From Setoptus koraiensis (lineage: Eukaryota; Animalia; Arthropoda): DNA of 64,000 nt. A program made the position numbers and the translations under genes. Below are positions 49,051 to 63,051 of the stretch, piece after piece; position 1 is the stretch's first letter; each line of letters begins with the position of its first letter. Location of the stretch: positions 13,640,001-13,704,000 of the forward strand of contig CM106586.1 in assembly GCA_048013815.1 (NCBI GenBank), given 5' to 3'. The notes below the pieces were generated by a model that saw only the letters and a list, made by a program, of their open reading frames with translations, searched no databases and was not told the origin of the DNA.

Positions 49051-50787
49051 TGCGACGCCCAGGCGGCTCGCGGCATGTGCGTGGGGGCCGTATCGCTCAC
49101 GTCACGATCTCTGACTCGCTGGCCGCAAGTGCCCACCGACAAACAGCGGAGCGGCACACACAAACGGGCCGGCCGTGGTCGCTCGGTGTGACGAGCGGCC
49201 CGGCGACGACGGCGGCCGCAGCGCGGCCGGCCCGCCGTTTTCAAGTGCTCACGTGAGCCGTGTCGAGGGCTCGCCTTGTGTCACTGCAAACGGCAAACGG
49301 CAAACGGCAAATGTGTCGCGTCGGAGCCGGCGACCGTGGGCGCGAAACTCGCAAATTGTTGTGCTCGTCACTCATCATATCCGACACAATATGCGATATC
49401 GTGCGCGATATCAAACATCGCGACATCATACGCGACAATACGCGACGATTCGCGGCGATTCGCGGCGATGTGCGCCGCTCCCAATTCGCATATGACGGTT
49501 CGAGGATGCAAAGGCAGTTCGAGGCAACTTGTGCCATGGCTGAGCGACTAGAATATAGATGCAGAGTGATGATGATATGATGAGAAAATTACAAGATTAT
49601 TAGTGGAAATCGCGCGCTCTAAATTGAGTGTGAAATGTCCAAACATGGCCGACTTTCACCCCTTTATCGTGCATCGTGGCGACATTTGTGAGATTGGCGC
49701 GTTGCTCACAATTTTGTCAGATGGCGCTCGAGGCTCAAAGCTGCCAACTGGAAACTCTCGGCTCACAACTGAAAACTCTCGGCTCTCGGCTCTCAGCTCG
49801 AACTCTCGGCTCTCAGCTCAAAACTGTCGGCTCAAAAATGGAAAGTGAAAACTTGAAACGCCAACGAACAGCTCGAAACAGTGAGCGCTTAATGCAATCA
49901 GGGTCGCTTTAAATTGACTAATTACAACACTGATTGTCAGTGCGGCTAGCAGCGCCATTAGGGCTGCTCAACAGCGCACTTAATTAATGCGCCAACAATC
50001 AGTGTTGTCATTGGCCACAACACTCACTGTGTGCTGTTACATAACATTATTCATATATATACCATTATCATGACGCTGACTATGGCAATTATAATTATCC
50101 GTTTTGACACAAACCAAGACGCAACTTTATGACGCCACCACTCACCAGAACCAAGCATTCGACTGTGCGCGTCACATAACACTGGTCGTAATATGCTAAT
50201 TAACATCATTTCATTTTATAATGTGTCATTTATGATGCGCCTACAACACTCATAATGCTCAATATGCCATTTATATGTTGATATCTCTTGATTTCTCTGT
50301 ACCAATGCACGTAGCCAGCCACTGGGCTGCCACTGAGCCGTTGCAACGGCTGCCGGCGATCCGTTGAGCGCCACCTTGGCGACGAAGCGTCCCCAAATGG
50401 GGCCCCTGTGCGTCATCTGTTTTGAGGCTTCGCGCTCGTTTGTTTGTCTGTCTGGCCCTCGTTTGTCTGCTGTTTGTCTGCTGTTTGTCGAGTCGCTTTT
50501 CGACTCGCTTGTCGTGTCGTTCGTGTGTGCAAACAACAAACGACAGCCAACAGACAACAAACAACAAACGACAAACAAAAAACAAAAAACGACAAACAAA
50601 TCGTTGCCAATACGCAAATTAGTTGCGCTGTTTCAACAATTACTAATTAGCTGATCGGTGCGCCGCTAATCAGCGCGCCGATCAGCTCAACGTGCAAATC
50701 GCTGCATTTGTGCGATGACCATCGCACCAATTGCATCCACTGCCGGCATCATTATCTGCCAATATTATCTCTTGGGCGCCACTCAGA

Positions 50788-50877
50788 TTTGCCTCTCGTT
50801 TGTGCCAAATTCGCCTCTCGTTTGCGCCGAATTCGCCTCTCATTTGAGCCAAATTCGCCCCTCATTTGAGCCAAATT
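50788..50877. repeat. 22-bp tandem repeat TTCGCCTCTCRTTTGNGCCAAA x4
   Basis: Units at 50788, 50810, 50832, 50854. Confidence 0.9.
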
Positions 50878-51987
50878 GAGTCACTCAATGTGAGGGGCGA
50901 CTTGTTGTCGCAAGCGGCGCCGCTGTGCCACGGCCACATCTGGGCCCCAGCGGCGCGCTGCGGCTCACATCTCGTCTGTCTGGCACTAAATTCAAATGTA
51001 TCATTGTGTATTATATCATCGACCCACGGCTGCCACTAGTCGCTGCGCCGCTGATCGATGATAATAACTAATGGAATTGCACTTAATTGTTGCCAACAAT
51101 TAGCGCTTATTATTACCATTATTACTATTATTATTATTTGCGAGCTCATCATTATGCAAGCGCGACAAAATCAACTGTATACTGTTACAATCAATTATAT
51201 CAACGTCAATTATGTCGCCAGCAATCATGTCGGCGCACGCGACACAGCGGATCAATTTGCAGCGTTTATTGGCTCCATTTTGTTTATTGTTTGCCCGCGG
51301 CCCGCGCCCTCGTGCCCGCACACGCCCCAGTGCGCGGCCAACAGCGGGCCGGCCCGACTGGTCTTGGGCGCGCTTTTATAACTTTGGTGCGCCGCCCGGG
51401 TCGGGGGCAGGGGCAGGCGTGCCGACGGAAGGCGACCGGTTAGGTGCGATTGATTGCGGCATTTGATTGTCGACGAGTTGGTTGGCGACGATGGGCCGAT
51501 ATTTCCAGATATAGTGAGCGGCAGATATAATTATAAGATTATCGCGCAACTCACTTAATTATTGTTGTTGTTGTTGTTGTTGTTGTCGCTATTAAATCTC
51601 GGGCCGCCAACGAACGGGCCAATAATACCGATAATGCCAATAATAGGGGCTCAACGCGTGGGCCCCAGTGCAGGCCCGCCCACACTGGCCTGCACGAGCG
51701 CCGGGCACGGGGCGCCCCTGATCCGGCCTGAGTGGGCCGGCTATTAAGCCGCAATCATCGCGCGGGCCCGGCTTAGCTAATCTGAGCTGTCGCGTCGTCG
51801 TCAATCGATGGGCGCTGTTGCCAATTGCAACAGCGCCATTGACGGCCAGTTGGGGCACCTTTGATACATCGACCACTATTATACTATTAATATTATAACG
51901 GTTATATAACTGGCGTTGATATAGCTGTTATATCAACTGCTGTAGCGAGCGCTATAACTGTTATAACTGGGGCCCATTATATATAAG

Positions 51988-51995
51988 TGTTGTCG

Positions 51996-52032
<37 letters not shown>
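51988..52032. repeat. (GTT)n microsatellite
   Basis: Read directly from the sequence. Confidence 0.9.
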
Positions 52033-55000
52033 GTAAGCATTGTGTAAGCTCGCGTCGTTACTTGTGCTCAATGAGCGTGTAATATAATAATAATAAAGTT
52101 AATACTCACCAGCGCGGCGCCCGCTCGCCAGCCAGCCTGCCCACTAGATAATAATAAACACCCGACCATCAATGGGCGGCCCTCGGGCGCCCCATAAACA
52201 TAATTACTTTGACTATTATATCATAATCGATGATAGCATCGGCGGGCATTGTATGCCGCCGCTCCGCACACCGGCGATACCCACACTATATATATATATG
52301 CCCTGCACAATACCGGCGCACAATGGCGCACAATGGCGCACAATGACACACAATGGGGGTAGCGGGCCGGCCCAGCCGACCCGCGCCCGGCTAATGGGAG
52401 CGTGGGTGGGAGTGCGGCCATGATTGCAGCCCGCCAGCCCAATTGCGCCCGCCAGTCAGCCAGATAATCATCTTAACTGGCTGGCTAATCATAACTTGGT
52501 GTTAGCGCTATTAACTCATTAGTGTCGTCGTACTTTTCACAACTCGCCGTCTCTTGTTTCTAGTGTCCTCTTTTTGCTGCCTGCTTGTCGCCACTTTGCC
52601 CGTCAGAGGGGCCCGCGCGCGCCGCGTGCCCGCCCGCCCGCTCGCCCGCCGTTATGTATAGCGCGGCGACTCTTCCGTTATGAGCCAGCCAGCCAGCCAG
52701 CCAACGGCTCAAGTGACACCGCCAATTACGACAACGGGCCAGCAGTAATCTGGGCGCTGGCACGTTGTCAACGGCTCAAATAAAATCAAATAATCCAGGC
52801 CATCTTATCGGCTCGGCCAGCCACTGGCCTCACGTTGGCGCACTCCGCCAAAATGGCTTCAGTGGGGCGTGCAGCTAATAGTCAGTTGGCTCTCTTTGGG
52901 GGCCCTCCTTTGGGGCGCGAAGAAGGGGCCCCGGACGGTCGATGTGCCGACGAGCGGCCGAGGTGTCGGCCGGTCAAGGGGGCGCCGACACTTGGGGCTT
53001 TCGAGGCGAGCAACTCGGCGGGAGGCGGGCGGGACGCGGGTGCGAGCCGGGCGACAATTGGGCGACAATTGGGCGAGAATTGGGCGCCCTCAAGGAACAC
53101 CATTATCGAGCTTCCGCTTTGCGACAAGTGACGGCCAATTGTTGGTGTGCGAGGGGCGCCGGCTAACGACCGGCAACAATGAGTTGCGTAATGTAAAGTT
53201 TTGCACTGCACACTCACACTGTGTTATTATAGTTTCGCTGTGATGTAATTGTTGCGACGTAATTGTTGGCCGCACGATGATTTGCAAACACAGCAGCGGG
53301 CACAATGACCAATGGGCACGATGATGGCTCTGTAAGGGCGTTAATAAGTTACGCGCAGACAATCAAGACAATTAGAAGCCGAGGCAGCGCGACTTGCAGC
53401 GAGCATCTAGCGACATTCGCGACTCAATCAAGTGTCGCTACTAGCGACTCGCCAGTGATAGTGTGCAGTGATTTGTGCCAATGCCGCCGCTCCAAGTTGG
53501 CGCAGTCAAAGTGACAAAAGTGAGTGACAAAAGCGCCACTCAATTAGGCGGCGCCAATCGATCAATTATTGGCACCGACAACAACGGCGCTGTCACGTTG
53601 CACTAAATCAATTGATTGTCAATCGATTAGTGTCGCCGCTAACTACACACTGGGGCATCATTAGCGACTCGCTTGCATAATAATCATAATTTGCATTTGC
53701 TCACTGCACGGCACATTGTCAGTGATATACCACTGATAATATATTAATAATTGGCCCGCTTTGCCTAGCACTATAACTGTACAGTTTATATGATATACAC
53801 CAACACATATAATCATAATGGCGCTAATAATTGTCGCTGGCTGCGCACTAATAATTGCACTTGTTATTAATATTATATATGGACGGGCACATAGCGACAC
53901 GCCGAAAGATGCCGAGTGGCGACGGAGCACAGATTTGGGCCAAACGGAGACAACAGCAACAACAACAATTAAGACAGTTTGCACATCAGCAAACAGCCTA
54001 ATTGCATTACATTAGTGAGTTGCCATAATTTAAAAGAAATACATTTACATGTTTTGGCTGCTTGGCAAACGGAGTTAATTATGCCAACTGGCAAGCCGAT
54101 AGTGTGTGCCCTTTGTCATCTTTGTCGTTTGTCGTTTGTCGTTTGTCATTTGTCATTCATCGTTAGTCGTGGTTACGTTGACGTCGTCAGCGTTCGTCAA
54201 CTATCGGCCCAATCCCAAAATCAGCCCAATCTCGCCACAGTTTGCTAGCCATCATTACACACTGCCGGCCGATTGGAATGCTGCACATTTGGCCTAGGAG
54301 TCGCTGTTTGCTGGGGCGTCGCTTGGGCATCGCGTCTCGCATTTTATCTATATAATTTCAAGATATTTAGATATCGCGCACACATGACACAATAATTATA
54401 ATAATCACAGTAATGATAATAATGGCAGACGCAAGTCTATCCAGTCGCTATGTGCCGAGTCGCAGCCAGCGTATAGCGCGACAACATAGCGCGATAATAT
54501 CGAGCCAGCGACGGCTCCGTTGGCGCCGTTTGCGACGACCCATCAAGCGAACAGTTGACATGATGATGGTTGGCCGATGCGCCCGCGATTATGTCGCCGT
54601 CGACGGGAGAGGCAATTAAAAATTAAGATCGCGACGCTCGCATGAGATGACGCCGATGACGATGTGATGATCGAGATAATTGCGTGCGCATGTTTACTCT
54701 ACTCCATCTCCAAACAGCAACATCGTCTCACCAGGCCCACCAGACCAGCACAACCCGAGCGATCTGCCCGAGCAGCGCGAAAGGCCCCACCAGCGGAACC
54801 CGAGCAATCTGAGGATCCGCGAGCGGCCCGACCAGCCCGCACTGCCGACGACGACATCCGCCGGTGTGCTGACGCCCGCGCACGGACCTTACAGAGGGAA
54901 ATGGCGCGCGGCAAAGATTGGCTCGGCCTGTCGGTTGTTTTGGTCGTCTCATAATCTCATAGCGAAAACTTCTTTTCTCTTTTCTTTAGTGTCGCTTCTT

Positions 55001-55554
55001 TTCGGCGCGCATGCGCTCCAATCCCACAGCACGTGTTGTGGTGTTCGTTTGTGACAGATTCTTTTAGCTGTTATACTGTTGGCATTACAATGAGCGTCAT
55101 TATAATCATGTCATGTGGCCATCCTATATGGCGGCCGGTGTAACATTTATGGCAGGCCAAAGTGATAAAGTGATAAAAGTGTCATAGCGACGGCGCAAAA
55201 GCCTCTTGTTCGTGCGCGCGTGGCAGCGCTATCATGATCGTTGTCTCGTTAGTTGTTATTATTGTTGCTGTTGTTGTTGTTGCTGTTGTTGTTGTCGTTG
55301 TTGTTGTGAGCGACACCAGTCGACTGACCACCGTCAGCGAGTGACAGTGAAATCTCGACTAGCAAATAATCGTCAGATTTTTTATATCGTATTGTCAGTC
55401 AGTGCCAGTAGAGGCCGCGCAGCAAACATTTGACAGCCGAGTCGGCTTTGAATATCCGCCTGATATCCACTCAATAGCTCTCAATGGCTAGCCAGACGAT
55501 TGTCTATTGAACAGCTCAACATCGCATTTACCAACAACTTGACAGCTCACTTGA

Positions 55555-56718
<1,164 letters not shown>

Positions 56719-56856
56719 CGACCATCATCTGTCAAATGCAGATTCAATTAATTAATGCTTCTGTTTAATGTTCTCCATTCTCTAGTTGTACCGATAATTA
56801 ATAGTTATTAATAGTTGTATACTAACACTGCACCTGTAATGTAAACTTATCATGCC

Positions 56857-56905
56857 AATAAATCGCACCAATCATAATGTGTTGCTTTTGCTCTACAAGA
56901 ATAAA
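56857..56905 (+). terminator. Polyadenylation signals of slou (AATAAA at 56857 and 56900)
   Basis: Two AATAAA hexamers 140-185 nt after the stop codon, at the edge of the GC-rich block. Confidence 0.5.
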
Positions 56906-58162
56906 ATCATCCATCATTGCTTATTGTTATACCGGTAGATGAATCGATATAGTCCATTGTTCGACGTACCAAATATCGATACAACTGTATTCTGATTATT
57001 TCATGTGCGCTGATAGGTTCAGTTCGGTTGGTCCGATTAGCTGGTTTGGGTGTTGAAGTTACACCTAGGGTGCTAAAACCCGATTTTGATAATTTTCGAA
57101 ATAATCACGATTGGACTATTACTGAGACATTCTATGTTTAATTGTTGGCTTTGACTTTCGACAATCAGTTATTCAGTTTTTGGACGTTCCGAAATCCGAT
57201 CTCTCGAGGTTCGGCACTCAGTAAAAAAACCTAAGACCCAGAGCTTTGTCGAGATTTCCTAATCATAACTTGCACTGTACTAACTTATAAGAAATCACTG
57301 GTAGTTTGAACACGACTGCAACAACTGCTCTAACCGCTTATCAGATATTTGAGCCAGCCAGGCCCATTGGTAAAATTTACCTATAGCATTAGGTGCGTGA
57401 CGCCGAGACATTGCCTTGAAGCATGAACGTGAGGGAAATCGAAGCAAGGGAAACAATGATTATTGGCCGAGCTACCACGATAGGAGCAGTACGAAAAGAA
57501 TCAGATTCTAAGGGTCGAAACAAGAGCAAGCACAAATTCAATAAAAGACCGATAAGACAAACTACTACGACATAAGCACCTGTTGTCGTATCCACCGAGT
57601 TTCATGAATGTTTATTTCGCAAGTAACATTGACAATGACCTCATAAGTGATAAATGACTCGACTTATAGGAGATATCGATACAGTTATGTATAGGAATAT
57701 GATCTTATAGGAATCAAAGAAAGTTGAATTTGAGATACACATGCGAAAAACGATTGGATATTACCAAAGACTATGTGCACTTTGGTGTCGATTAATTGGG
57801 CTCTGATTCACGTGAAATGGAAACTGTCCGTAGGTTTTCTATACAGCAGATGTCAATTGTATTTGAATACATTGCAACGGACAAAAATTAAACAAAGATC
57901 ACCTCTTTATCGCGATCGAGACTTACTTTAGGCGACCATATCAAGCGCGCCTCTCGGTGATTGGATTAAAATCAGCGAAATGCTTTCTTAGGGATACCAG
58001 TCCTTCACCGAAACACAACAATGGAGCTTGCATGTCTGATCAACTATATAAAGAAATCGAAGATAATAAACATCATGTTATTATTTGCGTAGAGATTTGT
58101 TGTTATGGAGACTAAAATATAAACTATCAACTGAGTGTTAAGTAAGTTTTCTTTTTATTAAG

Positions 58163-59818
58163 TTACGAAAATATTGAGAAAAGTTTGGGTTCTTCAATAT
58201 AATCACTCGGAATTGTGAATTGAGATTCGTCAAATGATTCATCCAGAAATTCGAAGTCCTCAAATGTTATTTTTGCCATGAGAGCCGGTATGATTGGTAT
58301 ATCTAAAGTAGAATAGTAATGAAATTGGTACGAAACAAAGTTAGTGACGATTGACGATAGTAGCTTGGTGATTCCTTTCAAAAAGATCATCAATAAGGAT
58401 GAAAATATATTATCGACTGTTCAAAGTTGAGTCTGTACCTCATCTAATCATGGACAGCTTAAATTCAACATACCTATTTTTACCGGAAAGCCATCGGGTA
58501 GTTTCATCTCGATAAAATCTCTCATTTTTTTGAAGTGCTTAAGAGGTATGACGGAAAGTATCTGCAGCAAAGCAGCTTTAGTTAGTGGGAAATCCTGACT
58601 CATGGCTATGTTTGCCTTGAAGACAGTTGTTGTCGTCTTACAAGATTGCAAACGACCTAATGGTGGATGTCCGTTTGGCGGTGAGGATATATACTCATTC
58701 CATGTTATTGTACATTTTTGAGGAGGACTTAGTGTGGTTCTATGTGACTTTTTTCCTTTTGAGTCATCTGAATCTTCGGGAGATGAGCAAACTGCTGAAG
58801 AATCTTCATTATGGTCTGTAACTTGACCATTTTTGGTCATGAAACCGGCCATGTCAACAATGAATGCTTTATTCATTTTGATATCCTCCTCTGATAAATG
58901 TTCACGGCGTTTCTTTGTGACGAGTAGTAGATTATCACAGTGGTAAAAATCAGCATTATAACGGCCAACCTTTTCAGTCCTATCGGCCTTCCAAATCCAA
59001 CCGCGGGTCGACCTCGTAAATGAGGTGCCTTTTGTTTTCAATTCGATATCTATGATATCATTAGACATAAAACCGTCGACTTTGTCTTCTAAGTCAGAAT
59101 CCGTCTTATCATCACCAATGATCTGGTATTTCTTGCTGACATTGTCCAAGATGACCCACTGCCTTGTGTCTTTGGGTGAGAGTAAAAGGCAGATATCGCC
59201 TCTTCTCCAAGCAAGTCGACTACGTTCAAAATCAACGAGAGTAGTGTCAACTTTAATAAAGCTGCCCCGCTTTGTGATAATGCACACATCTGAGGGTAGA
59301 GCACGTGACAAAAATGGTATCCAGGTCTGAAATTCCCATTTCAATTCAAGTCGAAAATCTTGAATCTTTTCAAGAGTTTTCGACAATTCCTCTCTAGTCG
59401 AGTATCCATGAAACTCATCTTTGAGATGCTTAGTGAGAGCGATGATAATGTCACGATCGCCATAGCTACACGCTTCTGCAAAGGGTGTCCAACGATCCAG
59501 ATTTTTTGAATCAACTCTAGCGCCGTTACTCAATAATAGTTCTATATATTGCAATGGCCTACCTAGCATGACAGCTAAGTGTAAAGGTGTATTTCCTATA
59601 ATAAAGTAAAGTAAGAGTAAATATTTATTACTATTAATTGTCTGCAAGATTAGATTAGCAAGAGAGATGTGTAAATGAAAAAATGAAGATGGACAATAAA
59701 ATTTACCATGTATATCCTTGAGCGTGACATCACAAGCTGTTTCTGTCTTATCTTTTAGGATTGAAGAGAACTTATCAAAATCGTCCTCAAAAATAGCTTT
59801 GTGCAATGGGTAATTCAT
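58163..59818 (-). CDS. ANKRD13C: Ankyrin repeat domain-containing protein 13C-like; join(59707..59818, 58474..59595, 58163..58302), 457 aa
   Basis: YPLHKAIF..KDIH-G-NTPLHLAVMLG..WTPFAEACSYGDR ankyrin repeats; ELKWEFQTWIPFLSRALPSD, LPDGFPVKI-D-IPIIP..ITFEDF..FTIPSDYIEEP match ANKRD13. The protein ends there without a UIM tail, the C-type architecture. The supplied ORF 58448..59884 reads through intron 1 and misses exon 3. Confidence 0.92.
58303..58473 (-). other. ANKRD13C intron 2 (171 bp, phase 1)
   Basis: Donor ATAG|GTATGT, acceptor TACTTTAG|AT; removal gives FPVKI-D-IPIIP as in ANKRD13 proteins. Confidence 0.88.
59596..59706 (-). other. ANKRD13C intron 1 (111 bp, phase 1, stop-free in frame)
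   Basis: Donor CATG|GTAAAT, acceptor TTACTTTATTATAG|GA; removal restores the ankyrin consensus KDxHGNTPLH. Confidence 0.88.
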
Positions 59819-62800
59819 GACTAGAATTAGATTGATATGGCTGCTGTATTTGAGATGTAGCTTACAAACATTTATGCTGGCCAAGTTAGTGAGACCTCTC
59901 AGATTCCCATAATATTAGGTAATAGTGTTTATGGCATAAATTTGACAAGAAAGAGTGTTATAGGCAGTGGGGTACAAATGAAAGCGTTGACTAAATCAAT
60001 ATCTTTAAATAGAATCCATCATGTAGAGCAGTGAAAGGGATGACAATATCTTGGAGAAACTCAATCCCTCTGTAGAATAAAAATAAAAATACACCCATAT
60101 GATGTCATATTCAGGGGCTGCGTGTAGCGGTTAAGGAGGGGTCCCCTGAGATTGGTCAAACTGATTATTTCATCGAAATCGCACAAAACATCTGAAGTGC
60201 GGAGCAGATTACTCACGTATCGTTCATCTCTACGAACAATCCCAATTCCCCTAACATTCTATTACCCTGACTTGTGCTCCAACTAAATCCCAATTTTCCT
60301 CACGCTCCAATCCCACTAGCATCAATTTCACTGAATCCCAATTCAACTAATGCTTATTGCCTCTGACGATCGTTTTCACGATTTCACTTTTCACAGTAAC
60401 GTGTCTCGACCGGGATACTTATTTCTATTGCCTCATCTTCATTATTGTTCGCTTATTGGCAAATATTAGTGCTCCAACATTGAAATGATCATCGCTGCAA
60501 ACGGCTATCTTGGATCGCCACAATCATGACAAATTCAACTAATCGCACAGCGCAATAGTAAGCAAATTGTGGATTGAAATCACAAGGAAGGATTCACCAG
60601 ATTTTACAGTAGAGTGAAAAATCCTACTGATAATCTCATTTATGACGAGTGAATCGCGCGCAATATCATGTTATCATGCCCAATGAAGCATTCTCTTTCC
60701 ACTTGAGACATAGGTATGGACGGAAGGAGCACAAAATGTTTTGTTAGTTGAAGGGATGTCACAGGGATCATATATCATGAACTACAACTAATCTCTCTGG
60801 GAACTTCTTAGAGATTTACCTACTCGTGGGTGTGATCTCTTAAGATCTGTTTCTTCTAAATGGCCATACAAATGGAGAGAAAAAGCTAGAGATTGTCGTT
60901 TGGTGAGGACCCATAAACTGCTATACAACATCTCCATCATTTTAGGTAGACTGTAGAGTGTACTGTCGTTTTTAATCTTATGAAGCAGACCTGAAAGTGA
61001 AAAGGTGTAACGCTGACATTACCACTAATGAATATTCATCTGCATAAATTTACGCATGAACATATTCACCGTCATTTATTACAGTAGTTGACACACTGAG
61101 AAAGCTTTACTTGTGAATCGCACGAATTGTGATAACGATTTCCTCAGCGTCTATAGTTTGTCATTACTGAGTACAGAGACCAGACGATAGATGGCCGCAC
61201 AGCGGGCGAACCTCACAATAAACACAGTTGTGGGGCGTGTGAGCGTGTCCAGTAAAACGCCCTCTATCAACTGGTACCTGAGTTACTCATATGGCGAAGC
61301 TCTTAGGGTGTCCTTTTAAAAATAAAATCGCGCAGTTGGCTTTTAAGCTTTGAGCCGCAGTTAGCATTCGCCATTTCCCAGCCGCACCGCGAACTTGTCC
61401 ATTTAAAAGTTGATTCGATCGCAATTATTTTCCCAGTACAGTAATGTGTGTGCAACAGTTTACTATAAGAAAAAGTTAGATAACGAGTTTTCGAGCCTGC
61501 TATCTCAATACTGTATGATTATGGTGGCATTTCTGGTGTTACATGGTAACAACAACATGTAACAAGCCCGAGACTGAGAGACGCACAGCCGAATGCTCCA
61601 TGCTGACGCAATTTGTTATCCATGTGCGTTTGTTGTTCAATGGCGTGAGCACATGCAATAAGAACGGTTCCATGCCTTTTCGTCGATAGATGTCTTGATC
61701 GAGTTTTTCTATCTCCTCTTTCTCTTTAGTCACACTGAAGGGGAGGGAGTGAGAGGCCGCATAGTGAAGCTGGGAGGCTACGCCCCTCAGTGCAATAAAA
61801 TGACGACTAAGTGGTGGGTAGACTAGCAAGGACGATAAATCGCCCAGCTCAAGGTTGTGAGTGGGCACACTAAAGCGAGAGAGGGAGCGGAATTTAGTTG
61901 CATGGGCACAAGGGTGATGTGAGGTGCAAGTAAAGGGAGTTTTCCGAGTGTCTGGCCGTGTCGACGAAAAGAGAGAGAGAGCCCTACACCAATGAAAACA
62001 TCGATTCGATGTTAGTCGTTGTTCGATGACATAGAATAGCAAATCGAATTGTGCGCAGACAGACAAACAGTTAAAACATATGGAGCATTAGCTAGCGGAG
62101 TGCGAATTGGCACAGATTCAACAAACACACACAGACAGACACGCACAGACAGGCGGAGAGTGTGCAAAACGCAATACTCCGCCATGTACAAATGGTGGTG
62201 TGAGTGAGAACAGGGTCTGCATTACAGAGAGACAGGGTCCATCTTGTTTTTGTTTCACATCATCGTTATTATTTTACATTGGATTTTGCACCCTCGCTTT
62301 GTGTCGCCATTTTCGATTCTATTTGTTCTATATTCTGCACACTGGATTACACACAAATGAGCCCACCAGAACGACCAACGGAATTCTAGATCATAGTTCG
62401 AATTTGGTTCCAATATTCGCTAGGCCTGGATACATATTATCACATCGTCGCCACTAACTGGTAGTAGCTAATTCAGCATAGATTCAATTGGAACAACTAG
62501 TATATATTACTAAATAATTACTACATTGATGCTAACTCTCATCGCGACCACAATATTTCAGAAATATCTCGGGATAAACCTCAATTTAGACCATTTTTAT
62601 TATTCGATCAATTGATTGTCTATAACTGTTATTACATTCAGCTTGAGATCAATCTGAGTCACACCATCGATATTAACCCGAATCGCTGGATAATAGTAAT
62701 AATATTGAATATCATCAATAAGCTAGCCCATAGGGATACAGAGCTACAGGCGGCGTCATTAAATTGACTCAACCACTTTACAATAATAAGGGAGGCGCTT

Positions 62801-62999
62801 ATTATTGCAACACAATTACATAACAACAAACACAGTTGAACGTGCGCCTTTGCTGGCCCGGAGTGCTGGTGGATATTTCCAGTTATTGCTGACTGTATGT
62901 ATTACACACTATAAACCAAGTCTGTCTTATTTGACTACGCACCCAGTTTCCTGCCGTGCCGATGCCGTTCGACTAGCTCGCTCAATACTCTCTGTCTAG

Positions 63000-63003
<4 letters not shown>

Positions 63004-63038
<35 letters not shown>

Positions 63039-63051
63039 CACACACACACAC
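63004..63051. repeat. (AC)n microsatellite, one interruption
   Basis: Read directly from the sequence. Confidence 0.95.

Noticed and set aside
60111-60150. tRNA-like segment (A-box-like GTGTAGCGGTTAAG inside a 7-bp stem)
   Set aside because: No B-box/T-loop (GTTCRA) or cloverleaf.
61539-62066. 175-codon minus-strand ORF
   Set aside because: Non-ATG start, no recognisable domain, unremarkable composition.
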